Below are positions 11,497 through 21,161 of a stretch of DNA of 64,000 bases, in pieces. The stretch is taken from assembly GCA_025774545.1 (NCBI GenBank), contig JALGVU010000001.1, forward strand, positions 28,573-92,572, given 5' to 3'. Position 1 is the first letter of the stretch. Each line of letters begins with the position of its first letter. The notes beneath the pieces are model-generated. The model made no database searches and was not told where the DNA came from. It saw only the letters and a list, made by a program, of their open reading frames with translations. Origin of the DNA: a bacterium. GTDB lineage: Bacteria > Joyebacterota > Joyebacteria > Joyebacterales > Joyebacteraceae. Both the position numbers and the translations under genes were made by a program.

Positions 11497-12474
11497 GTGA
11501 TCAAGGTCGGGGTGATCGGCGTGGGACACCTCGGGCGGCTCCATGCCCGCGTGTACTCCGAGATAGAATCGTGCCTCCTTGTGGGCGTCCACGACATCGA
11601 TGGTGCGAGGGCCGCGCATGTGGCCGCGGAGTTCGGCACCGACCCTGTCGACGATCTGGCCGGCCTCATCGACCGCGTCGATGCGGTCAGCATCGCCGTC
11701 CCGACGAGCGTCCATCACGCCGTCGGGAGCGAGTGCCTCGCCCGAGGCGTCCACGCCCTCATCGAGAAGCCGATCGCGACGACGGTCGAGGAGGCGCGCG
11801 ACCTGGTGACCCGAGCGGCCGCGGCCGATCTCAGGCTCCAGATCGGTCACATCGAGCGTTTCAATCCCGCCATCCGGGCGGCGCTCACGGTGCTCCGCGA
11901 GCCGAAGTTCGTCGAGGCGCACAGGCTCGGCGTCTTCGTGCCGAGAGGGACCGACGTCGCCGTCGTTCTCGATCTCATGATTCACGACATCGACATGATC
12001 CTGTCGATCGTCGACTCCGAGGTCACGGCGATCGACGCCGTCGGCGTCTCGGTGCTCTCGCCGTCGATCGACATCGCGAACGCGAGGCTCCGCTTCGCGG
12101 ACGGCTGCGTCGCCAACGTGACGGCGAGCCGCGTCTCGCGGGAGAAGGTCAGGAAGATCAGGTTCTTCCAGCCCGACGCCTACGTCTCGGTCGACTGCCT
12201 CGCGCCGATCGCTCAGGTGTTTCGTAAGAAGGACGTCCCGGAGGAGACCCTGCTCAGGATCGCGTCGGGCGAGATCGAGGGCGGGCTGTCGGACATCGTC
12301 GAGTACGAACAGCTTCCGCTCGACACGTCGGAGCCTCTGAGGCTCGAGCTCGAGGCGTTCGTCGACTCCGTCGTGGGTGGCGGCACGCCCGTCGTCGACG
12401 GCGAGGACGGACTCAGGGCCCTCGATGTGGCGCTCGAGATCCTGAAGCAGATCGAGCCTCCGCGGTCCGCGTGA
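11497..12474 (+). CDS. Gfo/Idh/MocA-family NAD(P)-dependent oxidoreductase (candidate UDP-GlcNAc 3-dehydrogenase GnnA-like)
   Basis: GTG start preceded by GAAGGGAGGA. N-terminal Rossmann motif VIKVGVIGVGHLGRLHA. Lies between lpxA and lpxB. Confidence 0.6.
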   Translation: MIKVGVIGVGHLGRLHARVYSEIESCLLVGVHDIDGARAAHVAAEFGTDPVDDLAGLIDRVDAVSIAVPTSVHHAVGSECLARGVHALIEKPIATTVEEARDLVTRAAAADLRLQIGHIERFNPAIRAALTVLREPKFVEAHRLGVFVPRGTDVAVVLDLMIHDIDMILSIVDSEVTAIDAVGVSVLSPSIDIANARLRFADGCVANVTASRVSREKVRKIRFFQPDAYVSVDCLAPIAQVFRKKDVPEETLLRIASGEIEGGLSDIVEYEQLPLDTSEPLRLELEAFVDSVVGGGTPVVDGEDGLRALDVALEILKQIEPPRSA

Positions 12475-12536
12475 CGGGGGTGCTTGAGCACCGCTCCGGA
12501 ACGGCGAGCCCTCGCCGTCCGTGGGGGAACGCCAGC

Positions 12537-13676
12537 ATGTCCGATCGGAACGCCACCCTGCTCGTGGTCGCCGGGGAAGCATCCGGCGACCTCCACGGAT
12601 CGAAGCTCGTGGCGCGCTTCAGGAGCCTCGCGCCGAACGTCGCCGTCTACGGAGTGGGCGGCGAGCGTATGCGCGCAGCCGGCGTGGAGACCGTCTACGC
12701 GAGCGAGGATTTCGCGGTGGTCGGGTTCGTCGAGGTGCTGAGACACGTCCCTCGACTCAAGCGCGCGATGGACCACCTGACGCGACTCGTCCGCGAGCGC
12801 GGCACGCGCGTCGCCGTCCTGATCGACTACCCCGGATTCAATCTCGCGCTCGCGCGGCGTCTCAAGGCGCTGGGCGTGCGCGTGCTCTACTACGTGAGCC
12901 CCCAGGTCTGGGCGTGGGGCGAGGGGCGCGTCGCGAAGATTGCGCGCCGTGTCGATCGCATGGTCGTCGTGTTCGCGTTCGAGAAGGACTTCTACGAGGA
13001 ACGTGGCGTCGACTCCGTGTTCGTCGGCCACCCGCTCCTCGAGGAGCCCGGGCTCGTCGTCGCGCCGCCGCCCAAGGACGACATCGGTGACCCGCCGCGA
13101 CTCACGCTCCTCCCGGGCAGCAGGAGGCAGGAGGTCGCGCGCCATCTGCCGCCGATGCTCGGGGCCGTCGATCTGCTCCGCCGTGGCATCGACCGTCTCG
13201 ATGTCTCGCTCGTCTGCGCCGAGGGCATCGACCTGTCGGAGCTGGTCGGGATGGACGCGCTCGAAGCCGCGGGCGTCTCGGTCCGCGCGCCGGAGCTGCG
13301 TCACGACCTCATGCGCGACTCGAGCGCGCTTCTGGTGTCTTCCGGGACGGCGACGCTCGAGGCCGCGTGCCTCGGGACGCCCATGGTCGTTCTCTACCGG
13401 ATGTCGCCCCTGTCCTATCTCATCGCGAGGACGGTCGTGCGGATCCCGGACATCGCGCTCGTGAACGTGGTGGCCGGGAGGCGCATCGTCCCGGAGCTGG
13501 TGCAACGCGAGGTCACGCCCGAGAGGCTGGCGCGCGAGACGCTGCCGTACCTCACGGACCGCGAGCTCGTCCGGAACCTGTCTCGGCAGCTCCTCGAGGT
13601 TCGTGAGAGTCTCGGAGCCGCCGGCGCGAGCGAGCGCGTCGCGAGGATCGCGCTCGACATGATGGGCGGCGATTGA
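12537..13676 (+). CDS. lpxB: Lipid-A-disaccharide synthase LpxB
   Basis: N-terminus LLVVAGEASGDLHG and GT19 family fold, about 380 aa. The in-frame upstream extension from 12471 was rejected. Confidence 0.88.
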   Translation: MSDRNATLLVVAGEASGDLHGSKLVARFRSLAPNVAVYGVGGERMRAAGVETVYASEDFAVVGFVEVLRHVPRLKRAMDHLTRLVRERGTRVAVLIDYPGFNLALARRLKALGVRVLYYVSPQVWAWGEGRVAKIARRVDRMVVVFAFEKDFYEERGVDSVFVGHPLLEEPGLVVAPPPKDDIGDPPRLTLLPGSRRQEVARHLPPMLGAVDLLRRGIDRLDVSLVCAEGIDLSELVGMDALEAAGVSVRAPELRHDLMRDSSALLVSSGTATLEAACLGTPMVVLYRMSPLSYLIARTVVRIPDIALVNVVAGRRIVPELVQREVTPERLARETLPYLTDRELVRNLSRQLLEVRESLGAAGASERVARIALDMMGGD

Positions 13677-14428
13677 TGGACGCGGCGGAACAACGCCTTC
13701 CACTCCGCGACAGGCTGCTCGTGGGTCTCGCGGGCCACCTGGGGCCGATCGTGCTCCGCGCCCTCGGCGGCACGTGGCGCGTCGAGGTTCTGGGCGAAGA
13801 CAACGTCGGCCGCGCGAGGGGGACCGGCGGCCGCGCACTGATCTACGCGTTCTGGCACGGGCAGCTCCTCCCGCTCGAGTACATCCGCCGCGGATCGAAC
13901 ATCCACGTTCTCTCGTCGTGGCACCGCGACGGCGAGATCAGCGCGCGCCTGATGCGAGGGCTCGGGTACGGCGTGGTGAGAGGCTCGACCAGCCGCGGAT
14001 CGACGCGCGGACTTGTTCTCATGATCAGGAAATCGATCGAGGGACACGATCTGGCCGTCACGCCTGACGGGCCGAGGGGACCGGCGAGGACCGTCGAGCG
14101 CGGCATCTTCTACCTCGCGGAGAAGTCGGGAGCGACGATCGTTCCCGTGGCGGTCGCCGCGTCCCGGGCGAAGAGGCTCTCGAGCTGGGACCGCTTCATG
14201 ATCCCGCTCCCGTTCGCGCGCGTGGTGCTCGCGTACGGCGAGGCGTTCGCCACGCCGCCGCGGACGGAGTTCGACGAGGCGGCCGAGGCGCTCCGGGACG
14301 TGCTCGACCGGCTCACCGAGGTGGCCCAGGACCGGGCCTCGCGAGGGGCGCGGCCGCCGTCCGAGGCCGCCCGCGACCGAGCCCACGGCGGCGCCGAGAG
14401 AGGCGCCGCGTCCGAGTCCGATCGGTAG
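13676..14428 (+). CDS. DUF374 lysophospholipid-acyltransferase-like protein (waaA-associated)
   Basis: About 250 aa. DUF374 genes typically precede waaA/kdtA. Confidence 0.6.
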   Translation: MDAAEQRLPLRDRLLVGLAGHLGPIVLRALGGTWRVEVLGEDNVGRARGTGGRALIYAFWHGQLLPLEYIRRGSNIHVLSSWHRDGEISARLMRGLGYGVVRGSTSRGSTRGLVLMIRKSIEGHDLAVTPDGPRGPARTVERGIFYLAEKSGATIVPVAVAASRAKRLSSWDRFMIPLPFARVVLAYGEAFATPPRTEFDEAAEALRDVLDRLTEVAQDRASRGARPPSEAARDRAHGGAERGAASESDR

Positions 14429-14444
14429 ACGGGAGGTCGACCGA

Positions 14445-15710
14445 TTGTCGTACGCGCTCTACAGAACCGCGACCTGGGCCGTCTACGGGTTGGCGGCCCC
14501 CTGGTTCGCCTTCAAGCGGGCGTCGGGTGAGCCCGGCTGGGCCGAGCGCCTCGGACGAGCTCCCGAGATTCCCGCGGGGAGCTTCTGGATTCACGCCGCG
14601 TCGGTGGGGGAAGTGGCGGCGGCGGCGCCCCTCGTATCGGCGCTCGCATCGGCGGGGGAGCGGGTCTTCGTCACGACGGTCACGCCGACCGGAAAGGACG
14701 CGGCCCGAGGACGATTGGCCGGCGCCGAGGCGGTCTCCTTCGCGCCGCTCGATTTCGTGCCGTGCGTCTCGCGCTTCGTCGCGGGCATCGCGCCCAGGGC
14801 GCTCCTCCTCGTCGAGACGGAGCTCTGGCCGACCCTCGTCGTGGAGACGGCGCGGACCGGGGCGACGGTCGGTGTCGTGAACGGCAGGCTCTCGGCGGGG
14901 AGCGCGAGGTCGTACCGGTTGCCGGGATCGCCCATTCGCGAGATGGCGGATTCGGTCGCCTTCGTGGCGTGCCAGTCCGATGACGATCGCCGGCTCTTCG
15001 AGGGGCTGGGCTTCGCGGAATCGTCTGTCACGACCGTCGGCAGCACGAAGTTCGACGTGCTCGGCGAGCCGCCCTCCGGCGACGCGCGGGCGGCCGTCAG
15101 GCGCTCGCTCGGGCTGCCGGAGACGGCCGAGGTCGTCGTGTTCGGAAGCGTGCGGCCGCGCGAGGAGGAGGCCGTGATCGGGGCGATCGCGAGTGTCCTC
15201 CTCGCGCGGCCGGGTGCGGCGGCCGTCGTGGCTCCGCGCCACCTCGCGCGCGTCGGTCCGATCGAGGCGCGGCTCAGGGCGGCGGGCGTGTCCCCGACAC
15301 GGCGTTCGGCGATCGGTGCCCTCGGGGCCGTCCCCGGGCGGGCGATCGTCCTCGATTCGACGGGCGAGCTTCTCCGCGTCTACGGCGCGGCGGCGGTCGC
15401 CTTCGTCGGGGGGAGCCTCGAGCCCTACGGGGGACACAACGTGCTGGAGCCTGCGTCCCAGGGCGTCGCGACCGTCTTCGGTCCGCACACGGCGAGCTGC
15501 CGCGATTCGGCCGAGAGGCTGTCGGCGTCGGGCGGCGGCTTCATCGTGAGGAACGAAGGCGAGCTCCTCGCTCGCATCGTCGCTCTCTTGAGCGACCCGG
15601 ACGCGGCGGGCGCCGCGGGGAGACGCGCGCTCGCCGCCGTGAACGAGGGAAGGGGAGCGACCGACCGGACGATCGAGATTCTGAGATCGAGGGGGCTCAT
15701 CGGAGCGTGA
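14445..15710 (+). CDS. waaA: 3-deoxy-D-manno-octulosonic acid transferase WaaA/KdtA
   Basis: 421 aa with N-terminal membrane helix and GT30 fold (HAASVGE motif). TTG start with GGGAGG SD. Confidence 0.88.
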   Translation: MSYALYRTATWAVYGLAAPWFAFKRASGEPGWAERLGRAPEIPAGSFWIHAASVGEVAAAAPLVSALASAGERVFVTTVTPTGKDAARGRLAGAEAVSFAPLDFVPCVSRFVAGIAPRALLLVETELWPTLVVETARTGATVGVVNGRLSAGSARSYRLPGSPIREMADSVAFVACQSDDDRRLFEGLGFAESSVTTVGSTKFDVLGEPPSGDARAAVRRSLGLPETAEVVVFGSVRPREEEAVIGAIASVLLARPGAAAVVAPRHLARVGPIEARLRAAGVSPTRRSAIGALGAVPGRAIVLDSTGELLRVYGAAAVAFVGGSLEPYGGHNVLEPASQGVATVFGPHTASCRDSAERLSASGGGFIVRNEGELLARIVALLSDPDAAGAAGRRALAAVNEGRGATDRTIEILRSRGLIGA

Positions 15711-16852
15711 GCGAGCGGACGAACGAGAGGCGGGCCGGTGTGAAACGGCCGTGGACCGACCGGTGGAGGCGCATCGCGGGGGGCCGCGAGGCGCCGCGCG
15801 GCGCGGGCGTCGTGCTGCAGGCGGTGCTCGTGTTTCTCTCCCTCATCTACGGGATTCCGGCGATGCTGCTTCTCTGGCTGCGGGCCGCGAGGCGGGTCCG
15901 TCTTCCGGTCCCGGTCATCTCGGTCGGGAACCTCGTCGTCGGCGGCACTGGAAAGACCCCCTTCGTGATCTACCTGGCCCGGCGGCTCGCGAGGGAGGGG
16001 CGGCGGGTCGCGGTCGTGAGCAGGGGCTACGGCAGGAGAAGCCGAGGGATCGTCGTCGTCTCGCGGGGCGAGCGCCCCGTCGTCCGCTGGGAGGAGGCCG
16101 GCGACGAGCCCTATCTCGTCGCGCTCCTCACGAAGGGCGTGATCGTCGTCGTCGCGGAGCGTCGGGCCGACGGGGTCCGTTACGCCGTGGACCACCTCGG
16201 CGCAGATGCTATACTCTTGGATGACGCGTTCCAGCACGTCCAGCTCCGACGGGATCTCGACATCGTCGTGGCGGACGCGGAGTTCCCGGTCGGGAACGGA
16301 CATCTCCTTCCCGGCGGAATCCTGAGGGAGCATCCGCTCGGCATCGGGAGGGCGGACCTGATCGTCGCGACGCGCGCAGACGGACCCGCCGGCGCGCGCC
16401 GGGTCTCGAGAACGATCGGCGCGCTCGCGCCCGCGGCCGCCGTGATAGAGACGCGGATGAAGCCGGTCGAGCTCTGGGACGTGGGGAGTGGGAAGACAGT
16501 CAAGGCGTCCGAACTCCGGGAGGGGCGGATCCTGGCGGTCTCGAGCATCGCGAACCCGGAGTTCTTCGAGACGATGCTCGAGGAGCTGGGTTTCGACGTG
16601 GCGGTCCGTTCGTCGTTCCCCGACCACCACCGGTACGGCGCGCGCGACCTCGCCAGGCTCGAGGATGCGATCGAGGCGTCGGGCGCTGCCGCCGTCGTGA
16701 CGACGGAGAAGGACGCCGTGAGACTGGCGGAGTGGTGTCCGTCGGTCCCGCTCGTGGCGCTCGGGATCGAGCTCGAGGTCACGCGAGGAGAGGACTCTCT
16801 GGCGAGGGCGCTCGAGAGAACGATCATGGGGGACAAGGCGCATGGAGCTTGA
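15707..16852 (+). CDS. lpxK: Tetraacyldisaccharide 4'-kinase LpxK
   Basis: P-loop VGNLVVGGTGKTP and N-terminal membrane helix. GTG start overlaps the waaA stop. Confidence 0.88.
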   Translation: MSERTNERRAGVKRPWTDRWRRIAGGREAPRGAGVVLQAVLVFLSLIYGIPAMLLLWLRAARRVRLPVPVISVGNLVVGGTGKTPFVIYLARRLAREGRRVAVVSRGYGRRSRGIVVVSRGERPVVRWEEAGDEPYLVALLTKGVIVVVAERRADGVRYAVDHLGADAILLDDAFQHVQLRRDLDIVVADAEFPVGNGHLLPGGILREHPLGIGRADLIVATRADGPAGARRVSRTIGALAPAAAVIETRMKPVELWDVGSGKTVKASELREGRILAVSSIANPEFFETMLEELGFDVAVRSSFPDHHRYGARDLARLEDAIEASGAAAVVTTEKDAVRLAEWCPSVPLVALGIELEVTRGEDSLARALERTIMGDKAHGA

Positions 16853-17771
16853 GGAGTACGGGAGGCTCTCGACGGACGATCTGGTCGCCAGGCTCGATCG
16901 GCTCAAGTGCGAGAAGGACGCCGTCGTTCTGGGACACAACTACCAGGTCGAGGCCGTTCAGCTGGTCTCGGACCACCTCGGCGATTCACTCAGGCTCGCG
17001 CAGCTCGCGACCTCGACCGAGGCGAACGTCATCGTTCTCTGCGGCGTCGACTTCATGGCCGAGAGCGCGAAGATCCTGAACCCCGAAAAGACGGTCCTCC
17101 TTCCGCACGAGGCGGCGACGTGCCCGATGGCGGCGATGGTCACCGCCCCCGCGCTCGAGGCCTTCAAGGCGGAGCATCCGCGCGCCGCCGTCGTCTGTTA
17201 CGTGAACACGACGGCCGAGGTGAAGGCCGTGAGCGACGTCTGCTGCACGTCGTCGAACGCCGTCGACATAGTCCGGGCTCTCGACACCGACGAGATCATC
17301 TTCGTGCCGGACAGGAATCTCGCCGCGTACGTGGCGACGAAGACCGACAAAACGATCATCCCGTGGGAGGGACACTGCTACGTGCACGACAACTTCGTCG
17401 CGGAGGACATCGCCTTAGCTAAGGGCGAGCATCCCGGCGTGCCGGTCGTCGTGCACCCGGAGTGCCCGCCTGAGGTGATCGCCGAGGCCGACCACGTCGC
17501 GTCGACCGGCGGGATGGTCGGTCTCGCCGCCGAGCACGAGGAGCTGATCGTCGGGACGGAGATCGGTCTCATCCAGAGGATGAACCGCGAGTTCCCGGAA
17601 CGACGCTTCTACCCGCTCTCGTCGTTCGCGGTCTGCCGCACGATGAAGCTGACGGATCTCCCTCGTCTCGTGTGGGCGCTCGATAACGGCGTCCACGAGA
17701 TCGTGATTCCGGAGCCTGTTCGGGCTCGGGCCGAGGGATCGCTCACCAGGATGCTCGAGCTCTCGAAGTAG
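16842..17771 (+). CDS. nadA: Quinolinate synthase NadA
   Basis: 309 aa, full-length NadA fold with conserved Cys positions. Overlaps the lpxK 3' end by 11 nt. Confidence 0.88.
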   Translation: MELEEYGRLSTDDLVARLDRLKCEKDAVVLGHNYQVEAVQLVSDHLGDSLRLAQLATSTEANVIVLCGVDFMAESAKILNPEKTVLLPHEAATCPMAAMVTAPALEAFKAEHPRAAVVCYVNTTAEVKAVSDVCCTSSNAVDIVRALDTDEIIFVPDRNLAAYVATKTDKTIIPWEGHCYVHDNFVAEDIALAKGEHPGVPVVVHPECPPEVIAEADHVASTGGMVGLAAEHEELIVGTEIGLIQRMNREFPERRFYPLSSFAVCRTMKLTDLPRLVWALDNGVHEIVIPEPVRARAEGSLTRMLELSK

Positions 17772-17885
17772 CCGCGGACGTGGCCGGCGCACATGCCGCG
17801 GGCTCCGTGACGATCGTCTTCGCCGGCGTGGCCGGGCGCGGCCGGCGTTCGGGGGCATCGTCATCATCTGACGCAGGGAGGGTCC

Positions 17886-19484
17886 ATGGAATCGGCCGAC
17901 TTCGTGGTGGTGGGCAGCGGGATCGCGGGTCTCACGTTCGCGCTCACGGTGGCGGGACGGGGGCGCGTGATCGTCATCACGAAGAAGGACGACGCGGAGT
18001 CCGCGACGAACATGGCCCAGGGCGGCATCGCAGCCGTGACGCGGGACCCCGACTCGTTCGAGAAGCACATCGAGGACACCCTCACGGCGGGCGTCGGGCT
18101 CTGCAATCGAGAGGCGGTCGGGATCGCCGTCCGGAGCGGACCTGCGGCCGTCGAGCGTCTGATGGAGTGGGGCACGCGATTCTCGAGAACCGAGAGTTCC
18201 GACGGATCGATCGCGTTCGACCTCGGGCGCGAGGGCGGCCACTCGGACCGGCGGATCGTGCACGCCTCCGACATGACCGGAAGGGAGATCGAGACCGCCC
18301 TCCTCAGAGCGCTGGGGCGCCACCCGAACGTCGAGATGTGGGAGGACCACGTCGCGATCGACCTGGTCGTTCGAGACACGCCTGCCGGCCGGGCGTGCGG
18401 TGGGGTCCGCGTTCTCGATGTCGAGCGGGATCGCGTCGTGACCGTGGCCGCGTCCGTGACGGTCCTGGCGACCGGAGGCGCCGGGAAGGTCTACCTCTAC
18501 ACGACGAACCCCGACATCGCGAGCGGCGACGGGGTCGCCATGGCCTACCGGGCGGGCGTGCCGATCAGGAACATGGAGTTCATCCAGTTCCATCCGACGT
18601 GCCTCTACCATCCGACCGTCAAGTCGTTCCTCATCTCAGAGGCCGTGCGCGGCGAGGGCGCCGTGCTCCGGGGCCTGTCGGGCCGGCGCATCATGGAGGG
18701 CCAGCACCCGCGCGAGGACCTGGCGCCTCGCGACGTCGTCGCCCGGGCGATCGACAAGACGATGAAGACGACGGGCGACAAGCACGCGTACCTCGACATC
18801 TCGCACGTCGACGCCGCCCGCGTCCGCGAGCGGTTCCCGAACATCGTAACGCGCCTCGCCGAGCTCGGCATCGACATGACGTCGGAGCCGATTCCGGTCG
18901 TGCCGGCCGCGCACTACCTGTGCGGCGGCATCGAGGTCGACCTCGAGTGCAGGACGACCCTGCCGGGGCTCTACGCGGTGGGGGAGACGGCCCACACGGG
19001 CATGCACGGGGCCAACCGCCTCGCGTCGAACTCGCTCCTCGAGGCCGTGGTCTTCAGCCGGCGGGCGGCCGGTTCGGCGATCGCGGAGCTCGACGATCGC
19101 CGTGCCGCGCTCGGGCCGGCGCCCGATCCCGCGTGGCACGGGAACGAGGCGGGTTCCGTTCCCGAGGGCGTGCTGCTCGACTACAACTGGGACGTTGTCC
19201 GCAGGCTGATGTGGGACTATGTTGGTATCGTGAGAAACGAACGGAGGCTCGTGCTCGCTGGGGCCCGCATGGCCGGGATAGCTGAGGAGGTCGACGACCT
19301 GTTCTCGCGCTACCCCGTGAGCGGCGACCTCCTCGAGCTCAGGAACATCTGCCTCGTCGGGGATCTCATCATTAGAAGCGCCCTCGAGAGGAAGGAGTCG
19401 AGAGGGCTCCACTTCATGGAGGACTTCCCCGAGCGCGACGATGAGCATTTCCTCAGCGACACCGTCGTCGTCAGGAACGCGTGA
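17886..19484 (+). CDS. nadB: L-aspartate oxidase NadB
   Basis: FAD-binding GSGIAGL N-terminus. Succinate-dehydrogenase/fumarate-reductase flavoprotein family, 532 aa. Confidence 0.88.
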   Translation: MESADFVVVGSGIAGLTFALTVAGRGRVIVITKKDDAESATNMAQGGIAAVTRDPDSFEKHIEDTLTAGVGLCNREAVGIAVRSGPAAVERLMEWGTRFSRTESSDGSIAFDLGREGGHSDRRIVHASDMTGREIETALLRALGRHPNVEMWEDHVAIDLVVRDTPAGRACGGVRVLDVERDRVVTVAASVTVLATGGAGKVYLYTTNPDIASGDGVAMAYRAGVPIRNMEFIQFHPTCLYHPTVKSFLISEAVRGEGAVLRGLSGRRIMEGQHPREDLAPRDVVARAIDKTMKTTGDKHAYLDISHVDAARVRERFPNIVTRLAELGIDMTSEPIPVVPAAHYLCGGIEVDLECRTTLPGLYAVGETAHTGMHGANRLASNSLLEAVVFSRRAAGSAIAELDDRRAALGPAPDPAWHGNEAGSVPEGVLLDYNWDVVRRLMWDYVGIVRNERRLVLAGARMAGIAEEVDDLFSRYPVSGDLLELRNICLVGDLIIRSALERKESRGLHFMEDFPERDDEHFLSDTVVVRNA

Positions 19485-19486
19485 CC

Positions 19487-21073
19487 ATGAAATCGATCAG
19501 GACATTCAGTCTCTTGGCCCTCGTGGCTCTCCTGGCGAGCCTCGTGCCGGGGTGTGCCGAAGGAGGCGATGAGCAGGTGATGAACGATGCGAAAGGTACG
19601 GGCGACGTTCGCCGCCCGGTCGTGGCCGGGGCCTTCTATCCCGGCGATGCCGCCACGCTCGCCCGCGACGTCGACGGGTATTTGGCTTCCGCCGGCGCCT
19701 CCACGGTCACGGGCGACGTCGTGGCGATCGTCTCGCCCCACGCGGGGTACGTCTACTCGGGACCCGTGGCGGCACACTCGTACGCCGCGCTCGCGGGCCG
19801 GCGATTCGACACGGTGATCGTCGTCGCGCCGTCCCACCGCGTGGCCTTCCCCGGAGCCTCGGTCTTCGGGGGCCACGGGTACGCCACGCCGCTCGGCGTC
19901 GTTCCGGTCGACCGCGAGCTCGCGGACGCGATCCGGGACGCCGACGGTTCCTTCGTCTACGAGCCGCGGGCGCACGAGGCCGAGCACTCGCTCGAGGTGC
20001 AGGTGCCGTTTCTCCAGCGGACCCTCGGGGAGTTCGAGATCGTGCCGATCGTCATGGGCGATCAGGCGGCCCCCGCGGCCCGCGCCCTCGCGGCCGGGAT
20101 CGCGGCGGCCGTCGAGCGGGCGGGCGCCACGAAGCGCGTGCTCCTCGTGGCGAGCACCGACCTTTCACACTTCCACGACGACGAGACGGCGCGCCGCATC
20201 GACGCGCGCGTGCTCGAGGCGGTCGGCGACTTGGATCCCGAGGGGCTTCTGCGCTCGCTCGCGAGCGGCGAGTGCGAGGCGTGCGGCGGGGGGCCGACCG
20301 CGACCGTGATGATGGCGGCGCGCGAGCTCGGCGCGGACTCGGCGGAGGTCGTGAGCTACGGCACGTCGGGCGACACGTCCGGCGACAAGAGCCGAGTGGT
20401 CGGGTACATGGCCGCCGTGCTGACGCGGACGACGCTGGATGGAGACGCGGGCGGAGGCGCCCGCGCGGAGGGAGAGCGCGGCGCTGGCACCGAGGCTCCT
20501 GTGCCGTACGAGGGGCTCTCGCACGACGAGAAAGTGGAGCTCCTCAGGCTCGCGCGACTGGCGATCGAGCGGGCCATCGCCGGGGAACCGCCCCCGACGT
20601 CCGAGCTTCCGTCGTCGGCGCTCGACACGCCGTGCGGGGCCTTCGTGACGCTCAACAAGCAGGGGCGGCTCCGCGGCTGCATCGGACACATCGTGGGTGA
20701 CGTCCCGCTCCGCCGAACCGTCGGGGGGATGGCGGTCGAGGCCGCGCTGCGCGACCCGCGTTTCCCGCCGGTCTCGGCCGAGGAGATCGGGGAGATCGAA
20801 CTCGAGATCTCCGTCCTCTCGCCGCTCATCGAGGTGACCGACGTCTCCGAGATCGAGGTGGGGCGCGACGGCCTGATCATCCAGGAGGGCGCGAGGCGCG
20901 GCCTGCTCCTACCCCAGGTCGCGACCGAATACGGTTGGGATCGTGAGTCCTTTCTCGACCACACGTGCAGGAAGGCCGGTCTCCCCGCTGGGCGCTGGCG
21001 GGAGCCGGGAGTTCACATCGCCAGGTTCACGGCGGAGGTGTTCGGCGAGCGCGACGTCGGGGTCGGAGGCTAG
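19487..21073 (+). CDS. AmmeMemoRadiSam system fusion: Memo-like protein B (N-terminal) plus AMMECR1-like protein A (C-terminal), with lipoprotein-type signal peptide
   Basis: N-terminus MKSIRTFSLLALVALLASLVPGC. Memo domain (VVAGAFYPGD ... SHFH). G/A/E-rich linker. AMMECR1 domain (CGAFVTLNKQGRLRGCIG). Confidence 0.75.
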   Translation: MKSIRTFSLLALVALLASLVPGCAEGGDEQVMNDAKGTGDVRRPVVAGAFYPGDAATLARDVDGYLASAGASTVTGDVVAIVSPHAGYVYSGPVAAHSYAALAGRRFDTVIVVAPSHRVAFPGASVFGGHGYATPLGVVPVDRELADAIRDADGSFVYEPRAHEAEHSLEVQVPFLQRTLGEFEIVPIVMGDQAAPAARALAAGIAAAVERAGATKRVLLVASTDLSHFHDDETARRIDARVLEAVGDLDPEGLLRSLASGECEACGGGPTATVMMAARELGADSAEVVSYGTSGDTSGDKSRVVGYMAAVLTRTTLDGDAGGGARAEGERGAGTEAPVPYEGLSHDEKVELLRLARLAIERAIAGEPPPTSELPSSALDTPCGAFVTLNKQGRLRGCIGHIVGDVPLRRTVGGMAVEAALRDPRFPPVSAEEIGEIELEISVLSPLIEVTDVSEIEVGRDGLIIQEGARRGLLLPQVATEYGWDRESFLDHTCRKAGLPAGRWREPGVHIARFTAEVFGERDVGVGG

Positions 21074-21161
21074 CGCGTCGCGGTGCCGCGGCGATGCCGC
21101 CGACGGGACCGCCCGCGACTCGGCGCCGCGGAGCCAGAGCGGGCATCGGGGAGCAGCGACG

